Shown here in pieces: positions 62,801-64,000 of a stretch of DNA of 64,000 bases. A program made the translations under genes and the position numbers. This stretch comes from Macrostomum hystrix (taxonomy: Eukaryota > Animalia > Platyhelminthes), in contig CATNEN010000031.1 of the NCBI GenBank assembly GCA_950097015.1, forward strand, positions 1,054,001 through 1,118,000. The letters are read 5' to 3'. Each line of letters starts with the position of its first letter. Positions within the stretch are counted from its first letter, which is position 1. Under the pieces are notes generated by a model, which was not told where the DNA came from, did no database searches, and worked only from the letters and a program-made list of their open reading frames with translations.

Positions 62801-63681
62801 CCGGTGAGGTAACCACGAAACTGGTTGTAGAACACTGCGGTCAGCATGTTCATAAAGCAGAACAGGCCAATGAACAGGTAGACCATGAAGAATACAGAAT
62901 AGAGCCGGTTGAAATTGTACGACCTCATGGTGACGTCTGGATTGTTTGCCGTAGTTAGCAGGACCAGCATGTTGAACAGAGCCTGTGGAAAGCTGCTGAA
63001 CTCGTTGCCCATTTCAACCTGTGCGATTAAACAGTGAGACTATGTCAAATGGGTCAAGGGTCAGAGAATTAAACGAGGAACAGAGAAGGTCAGAGAAGGA
63101 ACAGAGAAGGTCAAATGACGAACAGAAAGAACAAGGAACAGGGAAGGTCAGAAGAGGAACATTGAAGGTCAAATAAGGAACAGAGGTCGAATTGGTAGGA
63201 AAGCTTTTGATTCAACTAACCAAAGCGGTGCTATTGTTCCCAGTAGCATTTGTTTCTCCGGCCTCTTCAACGCGCATATCAAGCGCCAAATCGATTGGCT
63301 GAATAATACACATTGCAATCAATGTGAAGATGAACAAGTAGACAGCTATAAGGATTAGGACTCTGTGGGGAAAGATTAGAAAATTATAGCTAATAAATAA
63401 GCAAGCAAGCAAATTAAGCAGGTAAGAATTGCATAGGATGGGATGGGTACTCACGTGAGCACCTGTGGCACAGTTCTGTGCAAACACTTAATAGTCTTCT
63501 TCATCAGCGAAGAATGCTGCACAAGAAAGAACGGCCGAAGCGCCCGGTGCACGTGAAAGAAGCCGCTGCAGCCGGATGCCACAAAAGCCACAGACATTGT
63601 GGCCGACAGGCTCAATATAATAAAGTAGGCTATTAACCAGGGCTGTTTGAGCACATCCTGCTCAGACTGAAGAAGCACCGA
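59806..63681 (-). CDS. TPCN2: Two-pore channel TPC2, 3' part (5' exons lie beyond the window)
   Basis: Exons 63681-63455, 63362-63221, 63018-62572, 62126-62043, 60975-60814, 60741-59806 with consistent phases. Motifs RALRPFFLVQHSSLMKKT, LVLLTTANNPDV (pore I), YNQFRGYL...LFRRRLGV and FNDFASAIVVLWNLMIVNNW (pore II) match TPC2. Confidence 0.9.
61040..62012. repeat. 34/32-bp purine-rich intronic minisatellite (GAGAGAGACTGAGATGTAGGCTAGATGAAATGAA)
   Basis: Fills TPC2 intron 60976-62042. Confidence 0.94.
62245..62510. repeat. 35-bp intronic minisatellite (GGGAGATAACAGCGGAC...AAAGAGGC)
   Basis: Period 35 (62254, 62289...). Confidence 0.9.
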
Positions 63682-63774
63682 CTGGAATTGAAGTTAGGTT
63701 TGCCGGTAGATCTCGGTGAATTAAAAAAAAATTTTTAATTCTGGCGAAATGACAAAAAATAACGGGAGATCCTG

Positions 63775-64000
63775 ATAAGAATCACGGGAAATCTCACTAA
63801 GAAGTCCTATTCAGAATCACGGAAAAATCTTATTGAGAATCACGGGAAATCCTACTAAGAATCACAGGAAATCCTACTGAGAATCACGGGAAATCCAACT
63901 GAAAATCACGGGAAATCCAACTGAGAATCACGGGAAATCCAACTGAAAATCACGGGAAATCCAACTGAAAATCACGGGAAATCCAACTGAGAATCACGGA
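63775..64000. repeat. 22-bp intronic minisatellite (GAATCACGGGAAATCCAACTGA), running off the window end
   Basis: Period 22 (63904, 63926...). Confidence 0.88.

Overview
Eukaryotic (animal) genomic DNA. It has GC-rich exons, AT-rich GT-AG introns and about 26 unrelated minisatellite arrays. The repeat load and the LINE reverse-transcriptase remnant resemble the flatworm Macrostomum, but this is an inference from memory, not a database result. Eight protein-coding genes can be supported: SMARCE1/BAF57 (+, one coding exon), an SLC16/MCT transporter (-, one exon, TATA box), a divergent 5-exon SLC6-like transporter (-), a class VI POU homeobox gene (+, two coding exons), a 31-exon EEA1 orthologue of about 1879 aa (-), a six-finger C2H2 gene (-), TRMT2B (-) and the 3' part of TPC2 (-). 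Mobile DNA comprises a decayed LINE RT fragment, a tRNA-derived SINE family (two copies with target-site duplications) and a MITE-like family. The most striking feature is inside EEA1: 14 consecutive phase-2 exons alternate 51 and 78 (once 75) nt, building the coiled coil from seven 43-aa two-exon modules, followed by a 1.4-kb exon of 21-aa repeats. Most long ORFs in the supplied track, including the three ~2100-aa ones, are satellite artefacts. All gene models were spliced by hand and need RNA-seq confirmation.
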